A stretch of DNA of 64,000 bases from the NCBI GenBank assembly GCA_963667785.2, contig CAXXMU010000006.1, forward strand, positions 480,001-544,000, read 5' to 3'. Shown piece by piece: positions 17,179 to 26,118 of the stretch. The stretch's first letter is position 1; every line of letters starts with the position of its first letter. The DNA is from Alphaproteobacteria bacterium (GTDB lineage Bacteria > Pseudomonadota > Alphaproteobacteria > UBA828). The position numbers and the translations under genes were made by a program. The notes beneath the pieces are model-generated. The model searched no databases. It was not told the DNA's origin and saw only the letters and a list, made by a program, of their open reading frames with translations.

Positions 17179-18301
17179 TCCTCTCGTGCATCGTCACCAC
17201 GGTGAGCCGCCCGTCCCGCTCCTGCGCCACCAGCCGGTAGCGCTTTCCGTCGACCGTCGCGTCCCAGCGCCAGCGGCCGGGCTTGCCGGCGGCGGCGGGC
17301 GCGCCGGCCGCGTCCATGATCCGCTGCGCCAGGAGCCAGGCGGCCGCCCTGAGCCTCTTGCCGCCATGCGGCTTGCGGGCGGCGAAGCCCTGCAGCGTCA
17401 GCAGCCGGCTCCGCACGCCCTCCGGGCGCGCCGGGAGCACGCCGATCGGCATGACCTCGCCCTTGCGGGGGTAGCGGACGAAGCGCTTGAACGAGCCGCC
17501 CGACATCAGCTCCCGGCTGTAGCGCCGTCCCCAGCGGCCGCCCTGGTCCGCGCCCATGTCGTCCAGCACCGAATCGAGGCGGTCGAGCCCGGCCTCGGAG
17601 ACGCCCTTCGCCCGCTCGTAGCCGGGGTTGGTGTCCCAGCCGGGGTCCATCCCGACCGGCACCTGGTGGACCTCGCCGGTCACGGGGTTGGTCCACTCGC
17701 GCGTGCGCAGCCTGGGCGCCTCGGTCGTGACCTTGCCCTCCTTCACCAGGCGGTCGCGCTCGGCCCGCGTGATCTGGCGGACCCGGCACTTGCAGCCCCA
17801 GCCGTTGGGCGGCATGGCGCGCCGCCAGAAGGGATGGTCGACCGGCAGGCAGGTTCCGGCCCAGGCCTCGTGCTCCGGACGGTGGTCCCGGCTCGGGCCG
17901 AGCTCGTAGAGCAGGAAGGGCATCAGCTGCTTGGTGCGCTGGATGCGGGTCCACTGGCCGGCCGCCCGCGAGGTGCGCATGTTGGCCTGGTAGATCCGCT
18001 TCAGTCGCGTCGGGATGTCGCCGCCGCGCGGCGCCTCGGCGATGTCGCGCGCCCAGCCGCGCCGCTCCAGGAAGGGCCGCAGGCGGGAGCGGAAAGTCTC
18101 CATGGTCTCGCCCGCCTCGAGCGCCTTCACCAGCTCCCGGTGCGTCTCCTGGATGAGGGAGAGGCGCGTCATCCGCGCCGCCGTGAACCCCACGGCATGC
18201 TCCTCGCGAAAGACGTCGGTCCAGTGGCGGCTGGTCTTGAGGCCCTTGCCGCGCAGGTAGCGGAGCGCCGCCTTCGGCAGAACCCCGAAGGGGCGGGCCA
18301 T
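17174..18301 (-). CDS. MuF-like minor head protein with C-terminal extension (putative BECR-fold domain)
   Basis: RLKRIYQANMRTSRAAGQW, HRPEH, HPFW..MPPNGWGCKCRV, GMDPGWDTNPG; about 115 extra residues ending YRLVAQERDGRLTVVTMH. Confidence 0.88.
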   Translation of the reverse strand: MARPFGVLPKAALRYLRGKGLKTSRHWTDVFREEHAVGFTAARMTRLSLIQETHRELVKALEAGETMETFRSRLRPFLERRGWARDIAEAPRGGDIPTRLKRIYQANMRTSRAAGQWTRIQRTKQLMPFLLYELGPSRDHRPEHEAWAGTCLPVDHPFWRRAMPPNGWGCKCRVRQITRAERDRLVKEGKVTTEAPRLRTREWTNPVTGEVHQVPVGMDPGWDTNPGYERAKGVSEAGLDRLDSVLDDMGADQGGRWGRRYSRELMSGGSFKRFVRYPRKGEVMPIGVLPARPEGVRSRLLTLQGFAARKPHGGKRLRAAAWLLAQRIMDAAGAPAAAGKPGRWRWDATVDGKRYRLVAQERDGRLTVVTMHERT

Positions 18302-18302
18302 C

Positions 18303-19919
18303 TCAGCCGGTCTCGCCGTCCACCCTGGCCCGGAAGAGCCGGTGGGCCAGGTCGCGCCCGAGGCGCTCCGGGGTGCCGGCTTCGGCGAGAAGCGCCAGGA
18401 ACGAATCGGCGTCCTGCGCCGCCTCGAGCGCGTCCGCCACCGGCCCGATCAGGTCGTCCGCGAGCACGTCCCAGCCGCCGCCGGCCTCCAGCGCCGCGTC
18501 GATCGCCTCGGCCGCGCTCAGCGCGACGTTGGGCGCGGGCGGCTCCTCCTCCCCGCCGTCATCGTCCTCAGGCTCGTCGCCCTCTTCGGGCGGCTCCGCC
18601 GCCGCCTGGCCGGCCGGGAGGCCGGTGAGGACCGGCTCGCCTTCCTTGGGCTCGGGGATGCCCATGCGGCCCCGCACCCAGGTCTGGGGGATCAGCAGGC
18701 CGACGCGGGCGCCCTCCGCCACGGCGGCCATCTCGAGCGCCTCTTCGCGAGGCGGGAGCGCCAGGCGCGGCCAGCCGGCCGGGCGCGGGGCGAAGTTCAG
18801 CTCGCAGTACGGCGCGATGACGGCGGCGGTGATCGTCTCGCACATCTGGCGCACGTCGTCCCCGACCAGGTCGTCCCGGACGTCGGCGTGCACCTGCGCC
18901 TGGCTCAGGCTCGAGCCGTCGTCGGCGGTCATGGTCTGGCCCACCACGGCCTTCGACACCTGCTCGTCGCACCAGCGCGCCTGGGCCGGGAAGAGCGAGT
19001 CCGACGATCCGCCGCTCCGCGCCGCCTGGATGAACTCGATCTGCATCGTGTCGGGGATGGTGGCGCCGGCGTCCGACGCCAGCGCCGCGATCGCCTCGAC
19101 CAGGGTCTGGATGTCCTCGTCGGTGGCGTTGGGGCCGTACTTGCCGACGCGCACGGGAATGCCGAACACCTCGCCATAGGCCCACCAGTCGCGGATCGCC
19201 GTCGACTTCAGCAGCCACATGGTGGCCGCGACGTAGGCGAGGCCGCCCCGGACGGGCAGCCCGCTCTTGGAGCGGTGGCGGTGGTAGACGAACTTGCCCG
19301 CCGCCAGCGGGTCCGCGTTGCCGTCCCAGCCGCCGGTGCCGGAGCCCGCGCCGGGCTCGTCGCGGAGCAGGAGCGGCGTCTCGCCGTCCTCGGCCGAGAA
19401 CACCAGCCAGCGCGGATCGATCCGGTGGTAGGCCGCCGGGACCCAGCGATCGCCCTGCCGGGCCCAGACGATCTCCTGGCAGGAGACGCCCTTGCCGATG
19501 CCGTCCAGCAGGTCGAGCAGCATGTCGTGCCAGCCCGGCCCCTGCATCACCCGCTCGCGCACCTCGTCGGCGAGCTCCACGTCGGCGTCGTCATCCGACG
19601 CCGGCAGCACGTCCACGGGCGCGGAGGCGGCGCGGAGGCGGCGCTGCTGCAGCACGCCGCGGTAGTGCGCGTCCCGCTCCTCGATCTCTTCCGCGAGCTC
19701 GAAGAAGTCCGGGCACCAGGCGCCCTGGGCGACCTGCAGATAGATCGAGCGCAGGCGCTCCGGCGTGAGCGTGGTGACGACGGAGCGCCACTGCTGGGCG
19801 CGGCGCAGCCCCACGACGGAGGGCGCCGCGGTGCGCCGGCCGAGATCGCGCCGGGGCGCCAGGGCGGCCGCCAGCGCCTGCACGCCCCGGGCGAGCAGCT
19901 CGTAGGATTCGGCGATCAC
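18303..19919 (-). CDS. portal protein (Mu gp29/DUF935)
   Basis: EEIEERDAHY, HRSKSGLPVRGGL, EVFGIPVRVGKY and SKAVVGQTMT motifs; GTG at 19919. Confidence 0.92.
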   Translation of the reverse strand: MIAESYELLARGVQALAAALAPRRDLGRRTAAPSVVGLRRAQQWRSVVTTLTPERLRSIYLQVAQGAWCPDFFELAEEIEERDAHYRGVLQQRRLRAASAPVDVLPASDDDADVELADEVRERVMQGPGWHDMLLDLLDGIGKGVSCQEIVWARQGDRWVPAAYHRIDPRWLVFSAEDGETPLLLRDEPGAGSGTGGWDGNADPLAAGKFVYHRHRSKSGLPVRGGLAYVAATMWLLKSTAIRDWWAYGEVFGIPVRVGKYGPNATDEDIQTLVEAIAALASDAGATIPDTMQIEFIQAARSGGSSDSLFPAQARWCDEQVSKAVVGQTMTADDGSSLSQAQVHADVRDDLVGDDVRQMCETITAAVIAPYCELNFAPRPAGWPRLALPPREEALEMAAVAEGARVGLLIPQTWVRGRMGIPEPKEGEPVLTGLPAGQAAAEPPEEGDEPEDDDGGEEEPPAPNVALSAAEAIDAALEAGGGWDVLADDLIGPVADALEAAQDADSFLALLAEAGTPERLGRDLAHRLFRARVDGETG

Positions 19920-21331
19920 GCGAGCCCGCCCGGCTGCCAGCGCATCGAGGGCGCGTTGCCCCGCCGCCCGGTGGGCTGGCGCGACGAGGGCGAGGGCTGG
20001 CGGTGGTTGTCGATCCGGTGAAGCCCGAAGCGCTCGACCCGTTCCGCAGCGGCGGCGCAGGCCAGCGCCAGCGCCCAGAAGCGGTCGGCGTGGCCGTCCG
20101 TTTCGCTCTCGTCGGCGAGGAGGCGCGGCTGGCCGGTCGGGCCGGCCTCGGCCCGGATCGAGTGGAGATCGCGGCGCAGGTCGTCGTCGGCGAAGATGCG
20201 CAGCTTCTGATCCTCGACCCTCTCCCGCAGTGCCGTGGCAACGTCGAGGCGGCGCGGGCCGGTCATCAGCACGCCGTCGACCCGGTGCCGGCCGTGATCG
20301 TCCTGCAGCTGCTCGACGATGCCTTCGCCCATGCCGGTCTGGTCGACCGCGATGCGGACCGGCCGATAGCGCTTGGCCAGGTCGCCCACGATGGCACGCT
20401 GCCTCTTGAAGGGGATGCCCTGGCGCACTACCAGCTCGCGCAGCCAGAGCACGTCGCCGACCCGCTCCAGCACGGCGGCAACCCAGAGATCGCGGCGGCG
20501 GGCGACGTCGACGCCGATGAAGGCGGCACCGCCAGCGAAGTGCTTTCGCTTGCCCGCCTTGCCGGCCTTGTCCTCGCAGGCCCGGATCATGTCCCAGGTG
20601 AGCCACGCGCCGGAGCCGGCGGAGGGGACGCAGTCGAGCTCCTCCCCGCCGCGGTGGCCGTAGGTGCTGCGGATGCCGGCCTCCCACTCGGCCTCGGCCT
20701 CCGGCGACCACGACCGGCCGGTCACCTCGAAGATACGCCGCGCCAGCCCCTCGTCGATAGCCTGGCGGAAGGTGATGGTATGGACCGATCCCGGCTGCCT
20801 GCCGTCGCGCACGTCGCGCAGCAGCAGGTTGAACGGCGAGGCCTCGCCGTTGTGGGTCGAGATCACGTGGACGCGGCCGCCCCAGGTGAGGAAGGCGAGC
20901 GCCGCCTTCAGCACCCCCTCGAGATCGTCGACGAAGGCGGCCTCGTCGACGATCGCGCGGTCGCCCGGCCGGCCCTTGGACCTGAGCGCGCGCGGCGCGC
21001 TGGTCATCGACGTGATGGTCTTGCCCGAGGCGAGCTGGATGCGGAAGACCTGGACGGCCTTGGAATCGCCGAGGTCGAGCACGCTCTCGCCGATGGCGCC
21101 GGCGCCGGCATCCAGAACGCGTGCCCATTCCGCGCAGTCGTCGATGAAGCCCCGCGTCATCTCCTTGTCGTAGGACTGGTAGGTCACGTTCCCCTTGCCC
21201 GCGAAGGCATGCATCACGGCGTCGTAGGCCTCGGCCCAGCTGAGGCCGATGCGGCGCGACTTTTCGACGATCTTGAGCGGGGCGTCATCGGCGACCCAGC
21301 GGCGCTGGTAGGGCAGGAGAGACCGCTTCAT
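19916..21331 (-). CDS. terminase large subunit (Mu gp28-like)
   Basis: LLPYQRRW, EKSRRIGLSW, IVDEAAF, GVDVARRRD, VDQTGMG and HADRFWALALA motifs. Confidence 0.95.
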   Translation of the reverse strand: MKRSLLPYQRRWVADDAPLKIVEKSRRIGLSWAEAYDAVMHAFAGKGNVTYQSYDKEMTRGFIDDCAEWARVLDAGAGAIGESVLDLGDSKAVQVFRIQLASGKTITSMTSAPRALRSKGRPGDRAIVDEAAFVDDLEGVLKAALAFLTWGGRVHVISTHNGEASPFNLLLRDVRDGRQPGSVHTITFRQAIDEGLARRIFEVTGRSWSPEAEAEWEAGIRSTYGHRGGEELDCVPSAGSGAWLTWDMIRACEDKAGKAGKRKHFAGGAAFIGVDVARRRDLWVAAVLERVGDVLWLRELVVRQGIPFKRQRAIVGDLAKRYRPVRIAVDQTGMGEGIVEQLQDDHGRHRVDGVLMTGPRRLDVATALRERVEDQKLRIFADDDLRRDLHSIRAEAGPTGQPRLLADESETDGHADRFWALALACAAAAERVERFGLHRIDNHRQPSPSSRQPTGRRGNAPSMRWQPGGLA

Positions 21332-21900
21332 TCGGCCCCCTCGATCGCCTCTCTAATCGCGGCGACCTTGTCCTCCGGCACGTTGGCACGGCGCGCCGCC
21401 TTGCTGGCGCGGTCGATGGCGGCGGCCCGCTCTTCAGCGCGGACCTCGCGCTCGCGTCGGTCGGTGTAGTGTGTGGCCCTCGTATTCCGCTGAAGCGTGA
21501 GCGTGAGCTGGCTGATCAGCTCGGCGCGCTCGTCGAGCGGCAGCTCCTCCTGCCGCAACCGCAGCAGCAGGGCCATCAGCTCCTGCTGGAGCAGGTTCTG
21601 CAGCCCCCGATCGATCCGTATGCCGTCCTCGGCGGGCTGCGCCAGAGCCTCGGCAACGACTGCCGCGGCACGGGCGTTCTCGGCCAGCGCGCGGCGCGAC
21701 GGGCGCGTCAGATACCGGCTCAGGCTTGCCGGAGAGATCGGATCGTCGCCGGCGGCGACGATGTCCGGGTTGACCGCATCCAGGATCTCCGTCTGATGCG
21801 CGCCCTCGCGGTCCATCTTGTTGATCGTATCGCGCACGTGCTGGGGCTGCCGGTCGACGCGGCCCATGCGGCCGCGCGCGACGCGCGCCTCGTCAGCCAT
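21328..21900 (-). CDS. putative terminase small subunit (Mu gp27/DUF3486)
   Basis: GRMGRVDRQP...ISPASLSRY; directly upstream of TerL. Confidence 0.8.
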   Translation of the reverse strand: MADEARVARGRMGRVDRQPQHVRDTINKMDREGAHQTEILDAVNPDIVAAGDDPISPASLSRYLTRPSRRALAENARAAAVVAEALAQPAEDGIRIDRGLQNLLQQELMALLLRLRQEELPLDERAELISQLTLTLQRNTRATHYTDRREREVRAEERAAAIDRASKAARRANVPEDKVAAIREAIEGAE

Positions 21901-22192
21901 CGCCCGGCATCGGCCGTGCGACGCCGGGCACCGTCTCGCGCCCGGCCGCGACGTCGGCGCCGCGATCGGTCAGCCGGGCCACGACGTAGCCAGCCTCCTC
22001 GCGGGTCTCCAGGAGGCCGCGCGCCGCGAGCCAGTGCAGCACGTCCCTCTGGCCGGACACCGGCTGGCGGTGCCCGAGCGCCTCGAGGGCACGGCCGATC
22101 GTCCTGTGGTTGGCCTCGTAGCCGCCCATATCGGCCAGCAGGCGCAGCACGTCCAGACGGCAGCTCTCCTGCTCGGCCTCATTCCAATTCAC
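21893..22192 (-). CDS. Mu gp26-like winged-helix protein
   Basis: RLDVLRLLA...GYEAN...WLAARGL...ARLTDRGADVAAGRETVPGVARP. Confidence 0.85.
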   Translation of the reverse strand: MNWNEAEQESCRLDVLRLLADMGGYEANHRTIGRALEALGHRQPVSGQRDVLHWLAARGLLETREEAGYVVARLTDRGADVAAGRETVPGVARPMPGDG

Positions 22193-22195
22193 CGC

Positions 22196-22528
22196 TTAGC
22201 CCCCCCCCCCTTGCACGGTTCTGAGGTAGGCGTCGAGGCGCGACACCAACGGGGACAGCTGCGAGATGACGCCCTCGTGTTCCGCCACGTCCCTGGCGAC
22301 GTTCCCCACGTCCTTGGTCAGCGCGTTGTGCTCCTGCCAGAGACGATCGACCGAGCGAGATTCCAATTTCGCCTCGGCCGCCGCGAGGCGCTCCGCGACC
22401 TCTTTCAGCTCGTCCGCGATCTCCCGCATCGTGGCTTCGGAGGGGGGCGTGGAGCGCAGGATGCGGTTTGCGAACCATGCGATGACGCCCGCGCCGATAA
22501 CCATCGCCGCGGCGTAGAGCTCGTTCAT
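22196..22528 (-). CDS. Mu gp25-like membrane/coiled-coil protein
   Basis: N-terminal TM segment then coiled coil ending RLDAYL; ends in a poly-G tract. Confidence 0.65.
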   Translation of the reverse strand: MNELYAAAMVIGAGVIAWFANRILRSTPPSEATMREIADELKEVAERLAAAEAKLESRSVDRLWQEHNALTKDVGNVARDVAEHEGVISQLSPLVSRLDAYLRTVQGGGG

Positions 22529-22809
22529 CGCGCGCCCCCCATCCGCTCTCGGCACTCGGCGGCGCCGGCGCGCCAGGCCAGCACCTCTCTCCGGCACGCC
22601 GAGCCCCAGGCGCGCGTGTCGACGGCGGTGCCCGCCAGGGCCTCCGGGGATCCGGCCCTCGCCACCGGCGCCTCGCCGCAAAGCGGCGCGGGGTCCACGT
22701 CGGGGCACGGCACCAGGCGCGGCGATGAGGGGACGTGGACCACCTCCGGCGTCCGGTCGCAGGCGGCCAGTAGGGCGATGGCCGCCAGGGCGATGGCGGC
22801 GCCCCTCAC
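22525..22809 (-). CDS. putative o-spanin lipoprotein
   Basis: Lipobox LLAAC, Pro-rich, overlaps the putative i-spanin gene. Confidence 0.7.
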   Translation of the reverse strand: MRGAAIALAAIALLAACDRTPEVVHVPSSPRLVPCPDVDPAPLCGEAPVARAGSPEALAGTAVDTRAWGSACRREVLAWRAGAAECRERMGGAR

Positions 22810-23267
22810 GGCTGGCCCTCCACGATGCTGCGGAGCTCGTCGGGCAGCGCGCAGCCGGGACGGCAGATGCCCGGCGCCGGATCCGCCGCAGCGGCGGAGG
22901 CCTCCGCGAGCTCGGTCTCGTGCCGGGCAACGATCCCGACCACCTCGGCCTTGTGCCGTTCGATCGCGGCGGCGAGCGCCCGCCGTGCGGCCGCGTGCGC
23001 CGCCGCCTCGTCTTCCCAGCCCTCGACGGCGGAGGACGCGGCCGCACGCGAGGCGCCCAGCGCGTCTTCGATCAGCCCGCGGGCCTCCCGCTCCTCCTCC
23101 TGCGCGGCGCGCACCATGGCGAGCTCGCGCTCGGCGCCGGCGCCGGCGGTCAGCTCGCCCAGGGCGCACGAGCCGCCCAGGCCGATCGCGGCGGCACCGG
23201 CCACACCCAGCACCAGCTTCAGGATGCAGGAGAGGCCGCCGAGGGAGGCCGAGACGATCGGGATCAT
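22806..23267 (-). CDS. putative i-spanin
   Basis: N-terminal TM segment, Ala/Glu coiled coil, C-terminal Cys; follows the endolysin. Confidence 0.65.
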   Translation of the reverse strand: MIPIVSASLGGLSCILKLVLGVAGAAAIGLGGSCALGELTAGAGAERELAMVRAAQEEEREARGLIEDALGASRAAASSAVEGWEDEAAAHAAARRALAAAIERHKAEVVGIVARHETELAEASAAAADPAPGICRPGCALPDELRSIVEGQP

Positions 23268-23842
23268 TCGGGGACCTCCTCGAGCTCGGCGAGATCGGCC
23301 AGCAGGCCCTCCCAGCGGGCGACGTAGCCGACGGTCTCCTTCGCGTGCCGGCCGGTGACGGCCGGGAGGTGGGGCGCGATGCCGGCCCAGCAGGGCTCGC
23401 CGCCGGAGAGCTCCTGGGCGTCGATCAGGTGGCGCTGGCCGGCGTTGTAGCTCGCGACCTGGAGGCGCAGACGGCACCAGTCGGAGCGCGGGGCGCTCCA
23501 GATGCGGGCGAGCCCCTCCATATGGACCGCCGCGACGTGGGCGGAGAGCCAGGGGTCGAACGGGCTGCCCTCCCAGCCGCGGCGCTGCATGTGATCCGCC
23601 CAGGTCGCGGGCATGATCTGCCAGGCGCCCTCCGCGCCCGCCGGCGAGACCGCCTCGGCGCGCCAGTCGGATTCGGCGCCGGCCTGGGCCACCAGGGCAC
23701 ACCAGAGGTGCCGCCGCTGCGGCGCCCAGTGGAGCATCACCGCACGGCGCGCGTGGTCGCTGTAGAGCTGGCCGTCGGCGGCGTGCGGCGTGCAGGGCGT
23801 CAACGCCAGTTGCAGCGCGAGGAGGAGCTCGGCGCCGGACAC
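23264..23842 (-). CDS. SLT-family lytic transglycosylase (endolysin)
   Basis: AESDW...AVSPAGAEGAWQIMPATW...ASYNAG...ETVGYV. Confidence 0.9.
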   Translation of the reverse strand: MSGAELLLALQLALTPCTPHAADGQLYSDHARRAVMLHWAPQRRHLWCALVAQAGAESDWRAEAVSPAGAEGAWQIMPATWADHMQRRGWEGSPFDPWLSAHVAAVHMEGLARIWSAPRSDWCRLRLQVASYNAGQRHLIDAQELSGGEPCWAGIAPHLPAVTGRHAKETVGYVARWEGLLADLAELEEVPE

Positions 23843-23844
23843 GG

Positions 23845-24162
23845 CTACCCCGCCGGCGTGGCGAGCTGCCCGATCAGATCGAGGACACCGGAGATCGTGA
23901 ATCCGCTGAGGATGGCGAACGCGATGGCCAGCCCCGCCTGCCGGATAGCGCGTCCGGCGGTCGGCGGCCCCGTGGCGTTGAGGTCGGACTCCCAGATCGC
24001 CTGCGAGCTCTTGAGCTCGTCAATGAAGGGGAAGGCGGTCTTTTGCACCCGTGGCCAGCCCCAGAACAGGCTGATCACCGCGACGCCGGCGATGAGGCCG
24101 AGGAAAATCCAGCCGCAGGTGATGACGAAGGTGGCGAGCGATCCGGCCGTGTCCATCTGCAT
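23845..24162 (-). CDS. 2-TM membrane protein, putative holin
   Basis: Two hydrophobic segments; first gene of the lysis operon; GGAGG SD; M-Q-M start. Confidence 0.5.
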   Translation of the reverse strand: MQMDTAGSLATFVITCGWIFLGLIAGVAVISLFWGWPRVQKTAFPFIDELKSSQAIWESDLNATGPPTAGRAIRQAGLAIAFAILSGFTISGVLDLIGQLATPAG

Positions 24163-24196
24163 CCCTCCGGGGGGGGGCTGTGGTTGGGCGAGGGGG

Positions 24197-24257
24197 AGGC
24201 TACCCCGAAAATAGGGGGCCATTTATTCCAAAACCCGGCGGCGGACCGGGCTATCGT
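24197..24257. promoter_or_regulatory. putative bidirectional late promoter (lysis operon leftward, methyltransferase rightward)
   Basis: Site CATTTATTCCAAAAC at 24220-24234, with TAGCCT 17 nt away on the - strand and TATCGT 17 nt away on the + strand. Confidence 0.65.
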
Positions 24258-24263
24258 GCGCCG

Positions 24264-24423
24264 GGCAGCGCCACCGCCGGCGGGCTCCCTGAAGGGCCGG
24301 GCGGGGGCCGGGGTGTTGGGGACACCCCAACCGGGAGCCGGAGCTCCCACGACCGCAACCGGCCGCATCGCGGCCGTCCCGCCACCCCGCACGGGGCGGG
24401 GGCATTATCGTGGGAGCTCCCGG
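24264..24423 (+). ncRNA. structured 5' leader of the methyltransferase gene
   Basis: 13-bp stem 24340-24352/24408-24420 covers the GGGAG SD; internal hairpins GGGGTGT/ACACCCC and CGGCCGC/GCGGCCG. Confidence 0.55.
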
Positions 24424-25250
24424 TGTCGTCCAACCCGATGGATTGCGGCTTGCGGCCGGTGGAGGCCGCCGAGCCGATCGCCGCCTGGTTCGGCGGCAAG
24501 AAGTATCTCGCGAAGCGCATCATCGAGCGGATCGAGGCGGTGCCGCACGACTGCTATGCCGAGCCATTCTGCGGCATGGCCGGGGTGTTCCTGCGCCGCG
24601 CGCGCCGGCCGAGAACCGAGATCATCAACGATGCGAACGGGGAGATCGTCAACCTGTACCGCATCGCGCGCGAGCACCCCGCCGAGCTCATGCGGCAGTT
24701 TCGCTGGGTGCTCTCCGCCCGCGCCGACTTCGCCCGCCTGATGGAGACCCCGCCGGACGTTCTCACCGACGTCCAGCGCGCCGCCCGCTTCGCCTACCTC
24801 CAGACCATAATGTTCGGCGGCAAGCCCGCCACCCTGGGAAGCCGCGGCACCGTCTCGATCAGCGCCCACCATCCGGCGAAGCTCACCGACGCGCGGCTGC
24901 GCCGCCGCGTGGCCGCGGCGCACAGGCGGCTGCGGGGCGTCAATATCGAATGCCTCGACTGGAAGGCGTTCATCCGCCGGCACGACAAGCCCTTCACGCT
25001 CTTCTACATCGATCCGCCGTACTGGGGGCACGAGGCCGACTACGGCAAGGGCCTCTTCGCCCGCGAGGACTTCGCGGCGATGGCGACCATCCTTCGCGGC
25101 CTCAAGGGCCGCTTCATCCTGTCGCTGAACGACAGGCCCGAGGTGCGGAAGCTCTTCGCCGGCTTCCGGATGGAGGAGGTCGAGACGCGCTACAGCGCCA
25201 ACATCAAGTCCACGCGGCGTGTGGGAGAGCTGCTGATCAGCGGGGAGTGA
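24423..25250 (+). CDS. D12-class N6-adenine DNA methyltransferase
   Basis: WFGGKKYL, YAEPFCGMAGVF, INDANGEIVNLY and FYIDPPY motifs. Start is GTG 24423 or ATG 24438. Confidence 0.92.
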   Translation: MSSNPMDCGLRPVEAAEPIAAWFGGKKYLAKRIIERIEAVPHDCYAEPFCGMAGVFLRRARRPRTEIINDANGEIVNLYRIAREHPAELMRQFRWVLSARADFARLMETPPDVLTDVQRAARFAYLQTIMFGGKPATLGSRGTVSISAHHPAKLTDARLRRRVAAAHRRLRGVNIECLDWKAFIRRHDKPFTLFYIDPPYWGHEADYGKGLFAREDFAAMATILRGLKGRFILSLNDRPEVRKLFAGFRMEEVETRYSANIKSTRRVGELLISGE

Positions 25251-25276
25251 CCGTCAGATCGACAAGCGCGATGCCT

Positions 25277-25825
25277 TCAGGCGATGGCCGGGCGCTTCCG
25301 CACGGCGGCGGCGTAGTCGGCCTGGCTGAGCCAATTGGCGAGGGCGGCGCGCATCCAGGGGATAGGAGGTCGCGGGCGTTCATCGCCGAGAGCGCGCAGC
25401 AGCTCGTAATGGCACAGCATGTTCAGCAGGTGCAGCACCGGCGGCTCGGTCGCCTCGATCCGCAGCCGCTCCCGCGTCAGCTCCTCGTGCTCGGCATCGT
25501 CCAGGTTGCGGTCATGGGCGAAGCGCTGCTCGAGGCCGATGAACTGCCTGGCGAGATCGCCGTGATGGTTGGCGCGCCGTGCCGTGCCTACCGCGAGATC
25601 GACCGCGCTCGCCACGGCGACAGCTGCCGCCGCGATCGCCGGCAGCCATCCCGGCGATAGTTGGGCAGTCACCGTCGCCACGGCGGCGGAGCCTCCGATC
25701 GCGCCCATCGCGACCGTTGCGGAGTTCCACATCTCGTAGAAACGCCGGCGGCGGTCGTGATAGCGCACCGACCGGCGCACGCCGAACAGCAGATCGTATG
25801 TCCTGCGGTCAAGGTGCTCCGTCAT
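25277..25825 (-). CDS. SLATT-like 2-TM effector protein
   Basis: VRRSVRYHDRRRRFY, two TM helices, then RANHHGDLARQFIGLE and RLRIEATEPP. Confidence 0.65.
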   Translation of the reverse strand: MTEHLDRRTYDLLFGVRRSVRYHDRRRRFYEMWNSATVAMGAIGGSAAVATVTAQLSPGWLPAIAAAAVAVASAVDLAVGTARRANHHGDLARQFIGLEQRFAHDRNLDDAEHEELTRERLRIEATEPPVLHLLNMLCHYELLRALGDERPRPPIPWMRAALANWLSQADYAAAVRKRPAIA

Positions 25826-26006
25826 CGGACCCTCCCGGCTTGTCCTCGCGATCCGGCCCGGGTCTGGGGTTCGGCTTCGGCCGCTCCGGTGCCAGCGTAT
25901 CCCGGACCGAGAGGCCCTTGTCGACGGCCTCTCTGAGGTCCACCGAGCCCGAGCTCTTCTTTGGCTCGGGCTTCGTGAGCTTATCCGACTTGCGCCGGTC
26001 GGTCAT
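25809..26006 (-). CDS. small charged/Pro-rich protein upstream of the SLATT gene
   Basis: GGAGG SD; overlaps the SLATT start. Confidence 0.55.
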   Translation of the reverse strand: MTDRRKSDKLTKPEPKKSSGSVDLREAVDKGLSVRDTLAPERPKPNPRPGPDREDKPGGSDDGAP

Positions 26007-26118
26007 CCCAATCCTCCATGCATGGGGTCAGAAGACGGCTTCCCGCGGGCCGCCTCTCGATCGACTGACGGCGGCGGTGCGGGATAGGTGCCTTGCGCCG
26101 GGAATCTCCGCCGGCAAT

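Noticed and set aside
23845-24162. Holin/antiholin dual-start motif (M-Q-M)
   Set aside because: It lacks the basic residue of the lambda S motif, and the holin identity is itself uncertain.
21818-24214. Long ORF-track ORFs such as 21818-24214(+), 36673-38982(-), 46265-48331(+) and the 1367-aa 48276-52379
   Set aside because: These are antisense shadows or off-frame 5' extensions typical of high-GC DNA. They are Arg/Pro/Ala-rich and overlap well-supported genes.
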